A stretch of 64,000 bases of DNA from Octopus bimaculoides. Taxonomy: Eukaryota. The stretch lies in assembly GCF_001194135.2 (NCBI RefSeq), contig NC_068999.1:3211781-3275780 (forward strand), in the 5' to 3' direction. The position numbers and the translations under genes are program-made. Below, piece after piece: positions 37,126-49,630 of the stretch. How positions within the stretch are numbered: position 1 is the stretch's first letter; the number at the start of each line of letters is the position of its first letter. The notes beneath the pieces are model-generated. The model was not told where the DNA came from. It saw only the letters and a program-made list of their open reading frames with translations, and made no database searches.

Positions 37126-39954
37126 TGATCCAAATAAGACAAAGAAATTCTTCAACACATCTTTAATGATTTCTTGATAGAAAATCTGTTTGTAAACTCT
37201 GCTAGTTTATGCAAAAATTTGAAGTGAAAGTTTACATAATGTTTGCAGTTTGAGACATTGGAGTGACACTTCATCAGACTTGCATCAAAGGTGCACTTTC
37301 ACATGGTGCATCTTCCAGACATTGCTTTTCTTTTTCTTTTTCTTTACAACTGGATCCCATTAATGTTTTCTAATTTCTTACTCGACTTTGAAACAGGAGT
37401 GAAACCTGTTGTCAGCCAAGCAAACTGAGAAATATACAGTAATGTAACTAACCAACACATACAATACAAATGCTGCAGTAAGGCTTGAGCTCATGACCAA
37501 ATGGCTATGTCCACCTTGTCCACTACTTAATCCTCACAAGCACCACACTTTATTTTATATTCCATACCTTTGTGCTATTACTAGACACTATTAAATTACA
37601 CTCTACCACCGTACACTACACCCTACTCTATTACTCTTCTATCGTACTTCACCCCACTCTACTATAAGCTCCACTGTGTTCTTCAAATACATTGAAACAG
37701 TAACTTTTGTGCTGCCCAGTATCACCACCACCACCACCCCACCATCACTACCACAACCATATTATCACTACTACCATCTCTACCACCACCATCACCACCA
37801 TCTTAGAATGTAATTAGTCAGTCGCAAACATCGCATTAAACATTTATGTTTTTATTCAGCTGATTTCATCAAACATGGTGAATGTTCTAGAAATTTTCTG
37901 ATAAACAACTGGCTGTCCCTATCAATTGAACCCATACTGGTTCGTTGGTTATCTTGGCATTCAAGCAGATTCCTTGATGTCACTGCACCTTGCTTGTCCA
38001 AGCTAGACTTAGCTCCTAGCAACACTGCTTCTATCCTACCTCGACTCTGACTTTTAATGACGACACCAATTATTCTGGCTGACTTGCAGTAAAGTGTAAG
38101 GGTCAACTGCTGTGAAAAGATCAGTGGAATGGTAAATAGGAGATTCTGCTAGACTTATCTCCTCCATCAGTTCCACTTTCTCAGAATCTACATGGAATGT
38201 GTCCTTGGTCTATAATTAGGTCTTCACACAGAAACAAGAAAAAATGCAGAAAAAACAAAACAAAATGACATCAACAAACTTAATTGATTAGCAACTGATA
38301 TATACATGGAGTTTGTATGTGTGTTTATTTGTGTGTGTATGTATGTATTTGCTATGTGTATGTGTGTGTGTGTATGTTGTGTGCGTGTGTATATCTTGTC
38401 TATTTATTTCCATGAAATGTCATTTCCCAGATGTATTTCTTTCTTCGCCAACTTCATCAATCCTCTTTTATTGATTCGTTTCTTCACATCACTATTCTCC
38501 TCATTCCTCTAATGCTTCACCACATGTGTTGACAGCACATGTGGATGATACATGGCCACTGTACATTTTAATACATGTTGATGATATATGTTTATATGAC
38601 ACTTTGACAAAACATCACATGTTGATAGCACATTAATATCACATACAACCGACATGTTGATAAATGTTGATGACATGTTGAGTACAAACATTTGCCACAT
38701 GTATTAATGACATGTCACCAATCCACATTTACTACATTTACTGATATTGTCATGTGTTAATGACACATGATGAACCCAAAGATTCTATTTCCAAATTCTC
38801 TCTTTGACTTATTTATGTCATTACCAAAAGTACACTCTCTCAAGGAACTTCAGTTTTTCCTTTTCTTTTTTTAAATGGTAAATTCTGTTCTCTTCTTCCA
38901 GCATCGAAACAGGACCCACTCTTGGTTTCAAATTTAACTGAGAAGAAAAAATGAAATTAGAAATTAGAAGCAAAAAGAAACAAAGCAAAATCAGAATTGG
39001 GTGTTGGTTGTTCTTGCTGCTTAGTTTAGCAATTTCTTCGATGGCCTGTCTGAGAACAGAGTTCCTCCTGATTTATCATAAAATGGGGGAAAATAGAAAA
39101 AAAGAAAAATTGTGTCTTTAGATAGTTATAACAATAGTGGTGATGGTGGTGGTGGTGGTGGTGGTGGTGGTGGAGATGGTGAAACTGCTGCCATTTTGTT
39201 TGTCAATATCAAAAATGATGTTGGTGGTGTTTTCTTTTACTTTGCTTTCTACCAATTCTGTAGATTGTTTGTGTCTGAATGACAGGGGAAACATATTCAG
39301 GTCATCATCAACATCCCTTTTCCCATGCTGGCATGAGTTAGACGTTTCAGCAGGAACTGACAAGCCAGAGGATTGCACCAAACGTCAATGTCTGCTTTGG
39401 TGTGGTTTCTACAGCTTAATGCCCTTCAAGGAATTTGCAGCATATTAGGGGGTCAGGGTACATGATTCCACATAAAAAATTTACCGAGGTTTCTCCTTCA
39501 TTAAGTCCCTTCCTCCTTGTTCACTAAACAACATCTTCACCAACAAAACTGAATCCTATCCAGTTGTTGGTATGTGTTAGGATGTAAGGACGTATTTAAA
39601 ACTAGATGCACCTTACCTCATAATTATACTAATGTACTGCTTGTTGGACTGTGCTAATTACAGGAAATATACAGTGCATCACTGATAAAGTGACAGAAAT
39701 AAATAAGTTTGACTAATTAAACCGACATCTTAATGAGTGAGTTAATTATGCTTGTGAACTCAACTTCCACAATAGTTCCAGTGTTTAGTATATTTTTGAC
39801 TTTACATAATTTGTGCATTTAGCAAATGAAATCTAGAATTTCCTAAAACATTGGCTGTTCATAAAGAATCTCTATTATGGCATTCATCTCTCTATTTATA
39901 TTTTATTGACAGATATGGTCGGCAAAATAGTTAAAGTCTGTAATAACCAATGAT

Positions 39955-40260
39955 AGCTCTCTCTATCTAATACTCTCTCTCTCTCTCTCTCTCTCTAATA
40001 CTCTCTCTCTCTCTCTCTAATACTCTCTCTCTCTCTCTCTCTCTAATACTCTCTCTCTCTCTCTCTCTNNNNNNNNNNNNNNNNTGTAATAACCAATGAT
40101 AGCTCTCTCTATCTAATACTCTCTCTCTCTCTCTCTCTCTCTAATACTCTCTCTCTCTCTCTCTAATACTCTCTCTCTCTCTCTCTCTAATACTCTCCTC
40201 CTCTGTCTCTATGCTTCTGTCTGTCTCTATCTAATACTCTCTCTCTCTCTAATAATCTCT
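39955..40260. repeat. (CT)n array punctuated by TAATAC
   Basis: Directly visible; partly duplicated across a short N gap. Confidence 0.9.
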
Positions 40261-40940
40261 TCCCTCTCTCTAATATGCTCCCCCCCCCACTCTCTCATAC
40301 TTTCTGTCTGTCTCCGGTAACAACCTCCTCTCTCTTTATCCATAGTAGCTCTCCCCCTATCTCTCTCTATCTCTGATAACTTCTCTCTCCATCTCTTGCA
40401 ACTGTCCTTCTCTTGTTACTGTTCCCTTTCTTTCTATCCATTGAATCTCTCCTTATATCTCTTGTCATTCTCTCCCCATCTCTAAAGGGTCCTTCTTGAG
40501 CCTATGTTCAACCTCGAACCCCTTTAAAACGTGCCTGGGTTCAGTTCATCATTGGCTTTGGTGAGGGTGGCCTTGTGCCACTCGGGTGTCCTCACAACCT
40601 TAGAATGTGTCCATACCCTCAAGGTAACATGTCTGAAAAGGGGACTTAAGAACGAGGGGTGAATGTTGCATGAGTGGGAGGAGGGGAAATAGGGACGGAC
40701 AGCAATAAAGGTCAAGGAGGTCACGGGGAAAAATAAGTGATAATTAACTGTTTAATATCATTGGTTAATTATGAATTATCTGTAAGTGTATTGGTTCGTT
40801 ATGATAGTTGTCTCTAATATCATTGGTTAATTATAAGAGGCATCTATAATATCGAAGATGGTGGGACAGATTTCAGAAGTGCCTAATCTATATATATATC
40901 CTACTCATCATAGTTTTAATGTCTACTTTTCCATGCTGAT

Positions 40941-41300
40941 GTGAAGGTGCCTAACTCAGTGGTTTGTACATTGGGTTCACAATCATGAGGTTGTCAGTTC
41001 AGTTCCCAGACCAGGCTCTGTGTTATGTTCTTGAGCAAGCCGCTTTATTTCACGTTGCTCCAGTTCACTCAGCTGTAGAAATTAGTTGCGACATCACTGG
41101 TGCCAAACTGCAACGGCCATTGCTTTTCCCTTGGATAACATCGGTGGGGGTGTGGCAGGTNNNNNNNNNNNNNNGGGGGGGGGGGGGGGCTGGTATGCAT
41201 GGACAATTGGTCTTCCATAAAGAACCTTGCCTGGACTTGTGCCTCGAAGGGGAACTTTCTAGTTGCATCCCATGGTCATTCATGACTGAAGGGGGTCTTT
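40941..41300 (+). mobile_element. SINE family C
   Basis: Head cagtggtt...tcagttccc, body ...gtcattcatgactgaagggggtcttt. Confidence 0.8.
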
Positions 41301-41589
41301 ACCATTTTCTTTTTTATCCTTTCCATGCTGGCAAGGGTAAAACAAAATTCCTTGAAGCAGATTTCCTGCAGCCAGATGTTCTTCCTGTTGTCAGCCTTTA
41401 TTTGTTTCCTATTTCCAAGCAAGGTAATATTTCCCATGGTTCCATGAGACCATGTACAGCTCAATGGCTGTACACGATTTCATAGCAGCTTGCAAATGAC
41501 TGATATCACTTATATGATGGTGGCATTTGTCAACAATTACCACATCATGTGTCAAGATGTGGACACAGACAGACACACACATACATGTT

Positions 41590-41745
41590 CTGGTGCCATG
41601 TAAAAGGCACCCTGTAAAGTGGTTGGCATTAGGAAGGGCATCCGGCTAAAACAAACAATTGGTGCCTGGTGTGGCTCTCCAGTGTTGCCAGCTCCTGTCA
41701 AATCATCCAATCCATGCCAGCAGGCAAAACAGATATCAAATGATG
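41590..41745 (+). mobile_element. Family D (RTE-tail) repeat
   Basis: ggttggcattaggaagggcatcc...ccatgccagca...gatgat. Confidence 0.75.
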
Positions 41746-42993
41746 ATAATGATAATATATACATATATATAAATGTCCAACCATTGAAGTTTTATTCCTG
41801 GTAAATATATTTGCAAAGATTTTATTTGGAAAATTCTATAACTTTTCTCAAAAATATCTATAAATGACACTGGTCTCTGATCAGTGTGACTTAAAGATTC
41901 TAAGAAAGAATCAAAGAACGGTGAATGAGATCAAAATCAACAACTCAACAATTACACACACACACACACACACACGGAGTTCACTATTGAACAGTCTTCA
42001 CAATAAATGGTGTCTCTCTTATCTGTTTTTTTTATCTTGATTCTAAATAGAATATTTAAATCTTCTAATTTGTTTCTGTAATAAAACCTAATAAAAACTG
42101 TTTAATGCTGAATTGATAAATTTCCTGTTTTTCTCTGAGATATTCTGAAAATGTCTCTGAGCTGTTATCTTGACAAAATGTTGTTGATATTCCTTACAGT
42201 ATTCTTGTTCAGTTATTTACATTGTATTTTAGGTTTGGTGCTAGTTTCATGTGTTTTGTTATTATATTTCACATGTATTCCATTTATGAATTTCAACTAT
42301 TTCTTGGGGGTTTGTTTTTCCATTGTTTTCCCAATATGATTATCTTGTTTGACTTTTATCAGAGAAGCATCAGTAGAAAGGACTATGGCAGGAGATCTCA
42401 ACTAAATGTTACACCATATTTAATTTCAACTCTCTTCATATAAAGTTTAGATATCACTGGAACCAGCTTAGCCTTTCTTTAAAATAGATACCAGTAATAC
42501 AATGCGGTTGATTGAATAGACAAACCTTTTGCCTTGTAACCTTTGTGTCAAGAGTTTAGGGATTGTACATACCAGGGATGGTCNNNNNNNNNNNNNNNNN
42601 NNNNNNNNNNNNNNNNNNNNNNNNNNNNNNNNNNNNNNNNNNNNNNNNNNNNNNNNNNNNNNNNNNNNNNNNNNNNNNNNNNNNNNNNNNNNNNNNNNNN
42701 NNNNNNNNNNNNNNNNNNNNNNNNNNNNNNNNNNNNNNNNNNNNNNNNNNNNNNNNNNNNNNNNNNNNNNNNNNNNNNNNNNNNNNNNNNNNNNNNNNNN
42801 NNNNNNNNNNNNNNNNNNNNNNNNNNNNNNNNNNNNNNNNNNNNNNNNNNNNNNNNNNNNNNNNNNNNNNNNNNNNNNNNNNNNNNNNNNNNNNNNNNNN
42901 NNNNNNNNNNNNNNNNNNNNNNNNNNNNNNNNNNNNNNNNNNNNNNNNNNNNNNNNNNNNNNNNNNNNNNNNNNNNNNNNNNNNNNNNNNNNN

Positions 42994-43110
42994 CTACCAA
43001 ATCCACTCACAAGGTTTTGGTCGGCCTGAGACACTTGCCCAAGGTGCCACGCAGTGGGACTGAACCCGGAACCATGTGGTTGGTAAGCGAGCTACTTACC
43101 ACACAGCCAC
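42994..43110 (-). mobile_element. SINE family B head
   Basis: ctaccaaatccactcacaagg...gggactgaacccggaaccatgtggttggtaagcgagctacttaccacacagccact. Confidence 0.85.
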
Positions 43111-43984
43111 TCATCTCTTTTGATTTTTCAGAAATTCCTCTCATCATCTGCAGTATTGATTACTGACAACCATTATAATTCATCAGTGATATTACAAACA
43201 ATTATCGTAATTAACCAGTGGTATTACAGATAATTACCATCATTATAACCAGCCTCATTGCAGATAACTAGTATAACTGTAGTGTAATTATCATCAACCA
43301 GTGACATTACAGATAACTTTCATAACTATATCATGTTATATTAACAATGTTCCCCAGAGTGGGGCAGGGAGCAGGGTGGATTCTATCAGCAGAAATCTAT
43401 TTAATAAGAAAATAACATTCAAGTAAATAATACCTTTTCTGTTATGAGAGAAAGTTCATGTCAGATGTATATATGTGTGGTGATATGCGATAGTTCTTCA
43501 TGACACTATTTTAGTTTTACCCCAAACTCATTTTTTTTTTTCTCTATAATAGGATGATGTCAGTTAGTTAGGGGTGGTTTTATCACTTAATATTCCTCAC
43601 GCATATAGTAGACAGATCTATAAAAACATGGAGAAATAGTAAATTTTTTTTTTTTTTAGTCATGGATGAGAGCTGAAATGGTAATTCTGTATGGCACTAT
43701 TTCCAAATAACTTTTATTGATTCCTGTTGTACAAGAATAGTTTGTGTAGTCTCTGCAGCAGTCTTCCTTGGTTTGTAGCTTGAGGCATTCCTCCTGAAAT
43801 TAAAACATGAACAAACCAACTCGTGTATTTATATAGCCTTATTCTATCATATAGGTTGTATGTCTGATAAATGTGTGTTTAATATATTTATGTTTGCTTG
43901 CAGAACTTTTCCAGAACTTTTCCCATATTTCAGGAAGGCAGTGAAATTACAAACTCACTGAGAAGCTATCATTTTATTGATTAT

Positions 43985-44032
<48 letters not shown>

Positions 44033-44039
44033 CATATAT

Positions 44040-44509
44040 ATAAAGTAGTTGTATGCTGTCAACTTAATGTGACAGTCCCATGAATGGAATAATACTACTG
44101 CTATTTAGCCCTAGGAAGCAGCACCACTTCCTGTCGGCATTGACACATTTCCTGTGTCCTTATGTTTACAAAGGTGAGACAAGCACCTCCACTTAGCTAA
44201 GCCTGTATCCAGAGACATGTTCCTGAATGAATGTGTTTCACTATAATTATTATATGTTTACAAGAGCTTGACAGGCATCTCCAGCTAGCAGGCTATTGCT
44301 ACTCCAGACTGATGACGAGCAAAGACTCAGAAACATGTCTCTGGATGCAGGGTTAGCTGGGTGCACGTTCTTGTCCCTTGTAAACATAAGGCCGCAGGAA
44401 ATGTGTCAAGGCCGACAGGGAGCAGTGCTGCTTCCTAAGGCTAAATAGCAATAGTATTATTCCCTTCATGGGACTGTCACATTAAGTTGACAGCATACAA
44501 CTACTTTAT
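44040..44509. mobile_element. Fold-back element with ~185-bp inverted arms and a 100-nt spacer (Penelope/retrozyme-like)
   Basis: 44040-44226 is the reverse complement of 44327-44509 with scattered mismatches; a hammerhead straddles the spacer/right-arm junction. Confidence 0.8.
44303..44345 (+). ncRNA. Minimal type I hammerhead ribozyme
   Basis: TCCAGA-CTGATGA-C-GAG(caaaga)CTC-A-GAAA-CAT-GTC-TCTGGA: perfect 6-bp stem I, 3-bp stem II with a C/A mismatch at its base, palindromic stem III ACATGT; GUC cleavage predicted after 44339. Confidence 0.78.
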
Positions 44510-46141
44510 CGCATCACTACTGCATAAATCTCTCTGAGAGATTTAGAAATGTATTATTTCTACATATATATATATATATACCATATACATACATGCGCAC
44601 ATTAAACATTCCCGACTAGAAATTTTTACACACACTGAAGCATTGCTAGCTATTTGTTGATGACTTTAGCCTGACTAAAGATGGACCAATCATATGTCTG
44701 GATTTTGCATCTATCAAGAAGGATGTTCACTAACTATTGATTACATGTTGATTTAATTGAATTAATTTTCTCTGTTTCGACTGAGTTGTTGCTGATGAAA
44801 GATCAATCTCTACAAAAGAAGTCAATAAAACACACATTGGTAGCTGTGATTTCTCATTCCTTTTATTACTAAACTGTCTGGGTTTAGAAAATGGCCGGTT
44901 CCTGAACTTAATTCAGGCAAACAATGGATCTTGGCAAAAATCCATTGTTTAGTCATTTCAATGGATTAAAATAAAGCTATTAAGTATATATATATATATT
45001 TTTTTTTAAAGTTTATTTGTTTTACATCAAAAGATCCATAACAGAATAGCTGAAGAAATATTTAGAAAGTCAATATTAGTAGAGCAATGTTAGTGTGTGG
45101 TTGCGTCAAATATAAAAGTGTCTTGTTCTAGAATGTTCTAGAATGATCCGAGTCTGAAGCTTTTTAGGTCGACTTGGTCTTTTTTTCATCTTTCCAGCAT
45201 TCATAGAATATAAAGTAAAGTTATTACTTGACTCAATATAACTAACTGGATGTCTGTCTGTTATGACAATGAGTGCTCCAGTTGATCCAATCAGTGGAAC
45301 AGCCTGCTTGTGAAATTAACATGCAAGTGGCTGAGCACTCCACAGACATCATCATCATCATCATCATCATTGGTCTGTTTTCCATGATGGCATGGGTTGG
45401 ACTCTTTGACTGAAAACTGGCAGGATGAAAGAAGTTGACCTTGACAAAATTTGTGCTCAGAATTCTGCCAGTTTGCTGCCATGACCACCACCACCAACAA
45501 CAACAATACAGCTTCTATCTAGTTGCTCAACTTACTAGAAAAAGCAGCCAAATCTACCTCAAATCATGCTTTGCTTGGATCGAAACTGGAATATTGATGA
45601 TTGGGATGTCCTTTGATTATTGGTTTCTTGGGGCTAAACGACAGTAAATCATCATGGCTGCCATCATCATCATTGTCATCATCATCATCATTTACTTCCT
45701 CCTCCACCTTCTCCTCCAACCGCTGGGACCCCAAGTTTTCCTATCATTCCTCCCTCCATTCCACTGCCTGACAATTCCTGATAATTTCTAATTAATTTTG
45801 TAAATGTCACATCACATATAACGTGATGGATCTATTTTCCACTCCCCCCACCCCCGCACCGGTTCTCAGTTGTAAATATAGGTCAAGCGAGTCCAGGTCC
45901 CCACCGTGCCCACCTCACTTCCCCCTTATCTGTAGTTCCCTTTTTTTCTATGGTGGGGAGCGTGTTGTGGATAGGAAGAAAGAAAGAAGCCTAATGCCAT
46001 TTTGCTGCTTCCAAGACAGGCAACTGTCAGATTTTCTTGGGTCCCAGATAAGTTCCAACTCAGTGGGGAGGCACCAATCTGTCTTCAGATTCATTATTAC
46101 TGAATATAATTGGATTCAAGATGTTTTGTTATTCTATGAGG

Positions 46142-46192
46142 GTGATATCCCTGTTGATGTGATATCCCTGTTGATGTGATATCCCTGTTGAT
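46142..46192. repeat. 17-bp minisatellite (GTGATATCCCTGTTGAT)x3
   Basis: Three exact copies. Confidence 0.95.
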
Positions 46193-46344
46193 GTGTGTGA
46201 GATACGTGTGATGTATGGATGTGGTGAGATACCACTGTTTTTTTTTTTTNNNNNNNNNNNNNNNNNNNNNNNNNNNNNNNNNNNNNNNNNNNNNNNNNNN
46301 NNNNNNNNNNNNNNNNNNNNNNCCCCAGTTCTCCTTTTTTTTTT

Positions 46345-46442
46345 TTTTTTAAGTCGAAATTCTTTCAGTCTGTTTTACTAAATTGCTAAGTTATGGGGTC
46401 GTAAACACATCAACACCAGTGGTGGTCGGGGACAGAAACAAA

Positions 46443-46477
<35 letters not shown>

Positions 46478-46635
46478 TGGACTTCGTTCTTTCGGTTTCT
46501 TTCCACCAGATCCACTCACAAGGCTTTGGTTGGCCTGAGGCTTTAGTAGAAGACACACTTGCCCAAGGGACCATGCAGAGGGACTGAACCCAGAGCTATG
46601 TGCTTGAGAAGCAAACTTCTTACCCCACAGCCACG
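46345..46635 (-). mobile_element. SINE family B
   Basis: Body and head match family B; central (CA)n. Confidence 0.8.
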
Positions 46636-46983
46636 TCTGTACATCACTGTTGATGTAACAAGAATTTAAATATCTTACTCAAGGTTTTGGAATGGAAACT
46701 TTTCTGTTTCAAAATCCCAGCTTTTCTGTTTCAAAATCCTCTGCTCCTCTTTCTCATTTATTTTCTTTCGTCCCTTGAAGAGAGGAGGGTCCCATCAGTT
46801 CAAAAGTGCTGCAAACACTCTCTCCTATGACACAGCCTCCTTTGCCTGGTTCACTCCACAAAACAGCGCAGATTATAACTAAATTCTTTCTGTACTTTAT
46901 TGTTGATGTAAGAAATTGTTTTATTAATTAATCTTTATGTAATTATTGGTTGTAACTGATAGCATTGAGATATTCTGCCGTGA

Positions 46984-47063
46984 CTAATGAGTCTGTCTCC
47001 CTTTTATTTTCCCTTTTAGGTAAGTGAAGTTTTGTTTTATTATGAAGCTCTACAACTGTAAGT
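46984..47063 (+). promoter_or_regulatory. Candidate recursive splice site with 38-nt RS-exon
   Basis: Branch-like CTAAT (46984-46988), ~25-nt pyrimidine tract, TAG|GTAAGT (47017-47025), second GTAAGT at 47058-47063. Confidence 0.55.
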
Positions 47064-47226
47064 ATTCTAATTACTTCCTAATTAACCATCAGGCCAATGT
47101 AAACAAGACTGCAACAGTGAATGAATGCCACAGCACAGCCAGCACCGAGATTTGAAACCGTATCATGCTGATTAATCTCAGCATCTCTGTACTTAGAGAG
47201 TAAGACCGAAATTAGTAACTGCATGT

Positions 47227-47261
<35 letters not shown>

Positions 47262-47274
47262 GTATATATATATG

Positions 47275-47331
<57 letters not shown>

Positions 47332-48036
47332 TTATATATATATATGAATGACATATATGTTTGTGTAAGATTTTTTTCTGTCATACAATAATATACACAC
47401 CCTGATACATACACACTCACATTTATGATAAAAAAAAATTGGTCTATAAATATTCACNNNNNNNNNNACACACTCACATTTATGATAAAAAAAAATTGGT
47501 CTATAAATATTCACTATCTCAATAAACCTCAGTATTTTGATGTCTTCTGTAACACTTGGAAAAAGTATTGCACACACATACACACACACACAGAGAAGCT
47601 TGTGTGTGCATGTAGGGTAGAGATAGTGGTCACGTGTTAATTCAGTGGGATGGGGGGGGGGAGATGAAGGTGAGGTTTTCTCTAAGTTGAATATTAATAT
47701 TTTTGTATTCTTCTTGCTGTCAAAACCAAAAGCAGTATTGAGAAAAAAGTGATTGTTGAGTGTTTGAGAAGTAATTTAAGGCCAAACCAGCTGGGTTCAC
47801 GGACCAGATTCTAAACTTCTGACAAGTTCATAAATCAAAACATCACTGATTTAAAACACGGATGATGATGATTATGATGATGATGATAAACTCAATTGTG
47901 TTTTTTGATGACTCCCCCCTCCACATTTTCTTTTGTTCCATTGCTTATTCTGAAAATGCTTTGCCAAGTTGTTGAAGACTCTTTTGTCCTGGGGCAGTGC
48001 CAGGCAGAATGTTTCCATTGTTGACATCACTATCTT

Positions 48037-48217
48037 TTATCTTTTACCTGTTTCAGTCATTAGACTGTGGCCATGCTGGGGCAAATGAATCGACTCCGGG
48101 ACTTTTTTTAAGCCTGGTACTCACTCTGTTGGTTCCTTTTGCCAAATCCTTAAATTATGGGGATGTAAACACACCAATATCAGTTGTCAAGTGTTGGTGG
48201 GGACAAACAGACACAAC

Positions 48218-48251
<34 letters not shown>

Positions 48252-48385
48252 ATGGGTTTCTTTCAGTTTCCATCTACCAAATCCATTTCACAAGGCTTTG
48301 GTTGGCCCTGGGCTGTATATAGTAGAAGACACTTGCCCAAGGTGCCATGCAGTGGGACTGAACCCAGAACCATGTGGCTGGCAGG
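48037..48385 (-). mobile_element. SINE family B
   Basis: Near full-length copy with central (CA)n. Confidence 0.85.
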
Positions 48386-49066
48386 CAAACTCCAAATTCT
48401 ACACACCCGAGGTTCAGACATTTTCTTACTGTAATTTCATTCATTATGTTTGTGTGGTTGTTGTTGTTGTTGTTGTTAATTTGCCTCTCCAAGGTTAGAG
48501 TTTAGAAAAGGCTTGTCTATAATATGTTTNNNNNNNNNNNNNNNNNNNNNNNNNNNNNNNNNNNNNNNNNNNNNNNNNNNNNNNNNNNNNNNNNNNNNNN
48601 NNNNNNNNNNNNNNNNNNNNNNNNNNNNNNNNNNNNNNNNNNNNNNNNNNNNNNNNNNNNNNNNNNNNNNNNNNNNNNNNNNNNNNNNNNNNNNNNNNNN
48701 NNNNNNNNNNNNNNNNNNNNNNNNNNNNNNNNNNNNNNNNNNNNNNNNNNNNNNNNNNNNNNNNNNNNNNNNNNNNNNNNNNNNNNNNNNNNNNNNNNNN
48801 NNNNNNNNNNNNNNNNNNNNNNNNNNNNNNNNNNNNNNNNNNNNNNNNNNNNNNNNNNNNNNNNNNNNNNNNNNNNNNNNNNNNNNNNNNNNNNNNNNNN
48901 NNNNNNNNNNNNNNNNNNNNNNNNNNNNNNNNNNAAGGAAGTGGCTGAAAGGGTGGGGTTTCAATGGTTAATGTTTAATTTGAATTATGATCTGGTGTGG
49001 GTGTGTATGTTAGTGAGCCTGTATGCATGTAATAATAATAATGTACATGTGTTTGTGTGAGGAGAT

Positions 49067-49105
<39 letters not shown>

Positions 49106-49360
49106 CATGCATTACAGCTGTGTACTAAACGCTAATGATAGTTGAGTCACAAATGTTCCATAAAGCTAAAGTGTCAGTCTTTAATGGGAAAGGTCTGTGA
49201 CTATACGGTCCTTCCTTCCCTTCGTCCCTCCCTCATTGGTACTGTTCTGTCTCTTTAACCCAGACACTGATCCATTTACGTCCCACTTTACATGACAACA
49301 AATACAATAGGGATCACTGGCTTGGTTATTTACAGTTCAAACATACAACAACAACAACAC

Positions 49361-49572
49361 TTTCTACTATAGGCACAAGGCCTGAAATTGTGGGCGAGGG
49401 AGCCAGTCGATTAGATCGACCTCGGTACACAACTGGTACTTAATTTATCGACCCCGAAAGGATGAAAGGCACAGTCGACCTCGGCGGAATTTGAACTCGG
49501 AATGTAAAGACAGATGAAATACTGCTAAGCATTTTGCCCGGCGTGCTAACGATTCTGCCAGCTCACCGCCTT
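49361..49572 (-). mobile_element. SINE family A, full length
   Basis: Closely similar to 25781-25992. Confidence 0.9.
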
Positions 49573-49630
49573 ACATGCTTCATATACTATTACGACAATG
49601 ATATGCATTATTATTATGATGATACACTCC

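Noticed and set aside
37852-38200. Minus-strand open frames (TKDTFHVDSEKVELMEE... and LTLTLYCKSAR...)
   Set aside because: Ambiguous acceptors, weak donors and not phase-compatible with the 38825-38937 candidate.
39941-40140. Direct duplication across a short N gap
   Set aside because: Identical contig ends either side of a gap indicate an unmerged overlap.
47410-47515. ~45-bp direct repeat across a 10-N gap
   Set aside because: Same assembly artefact.
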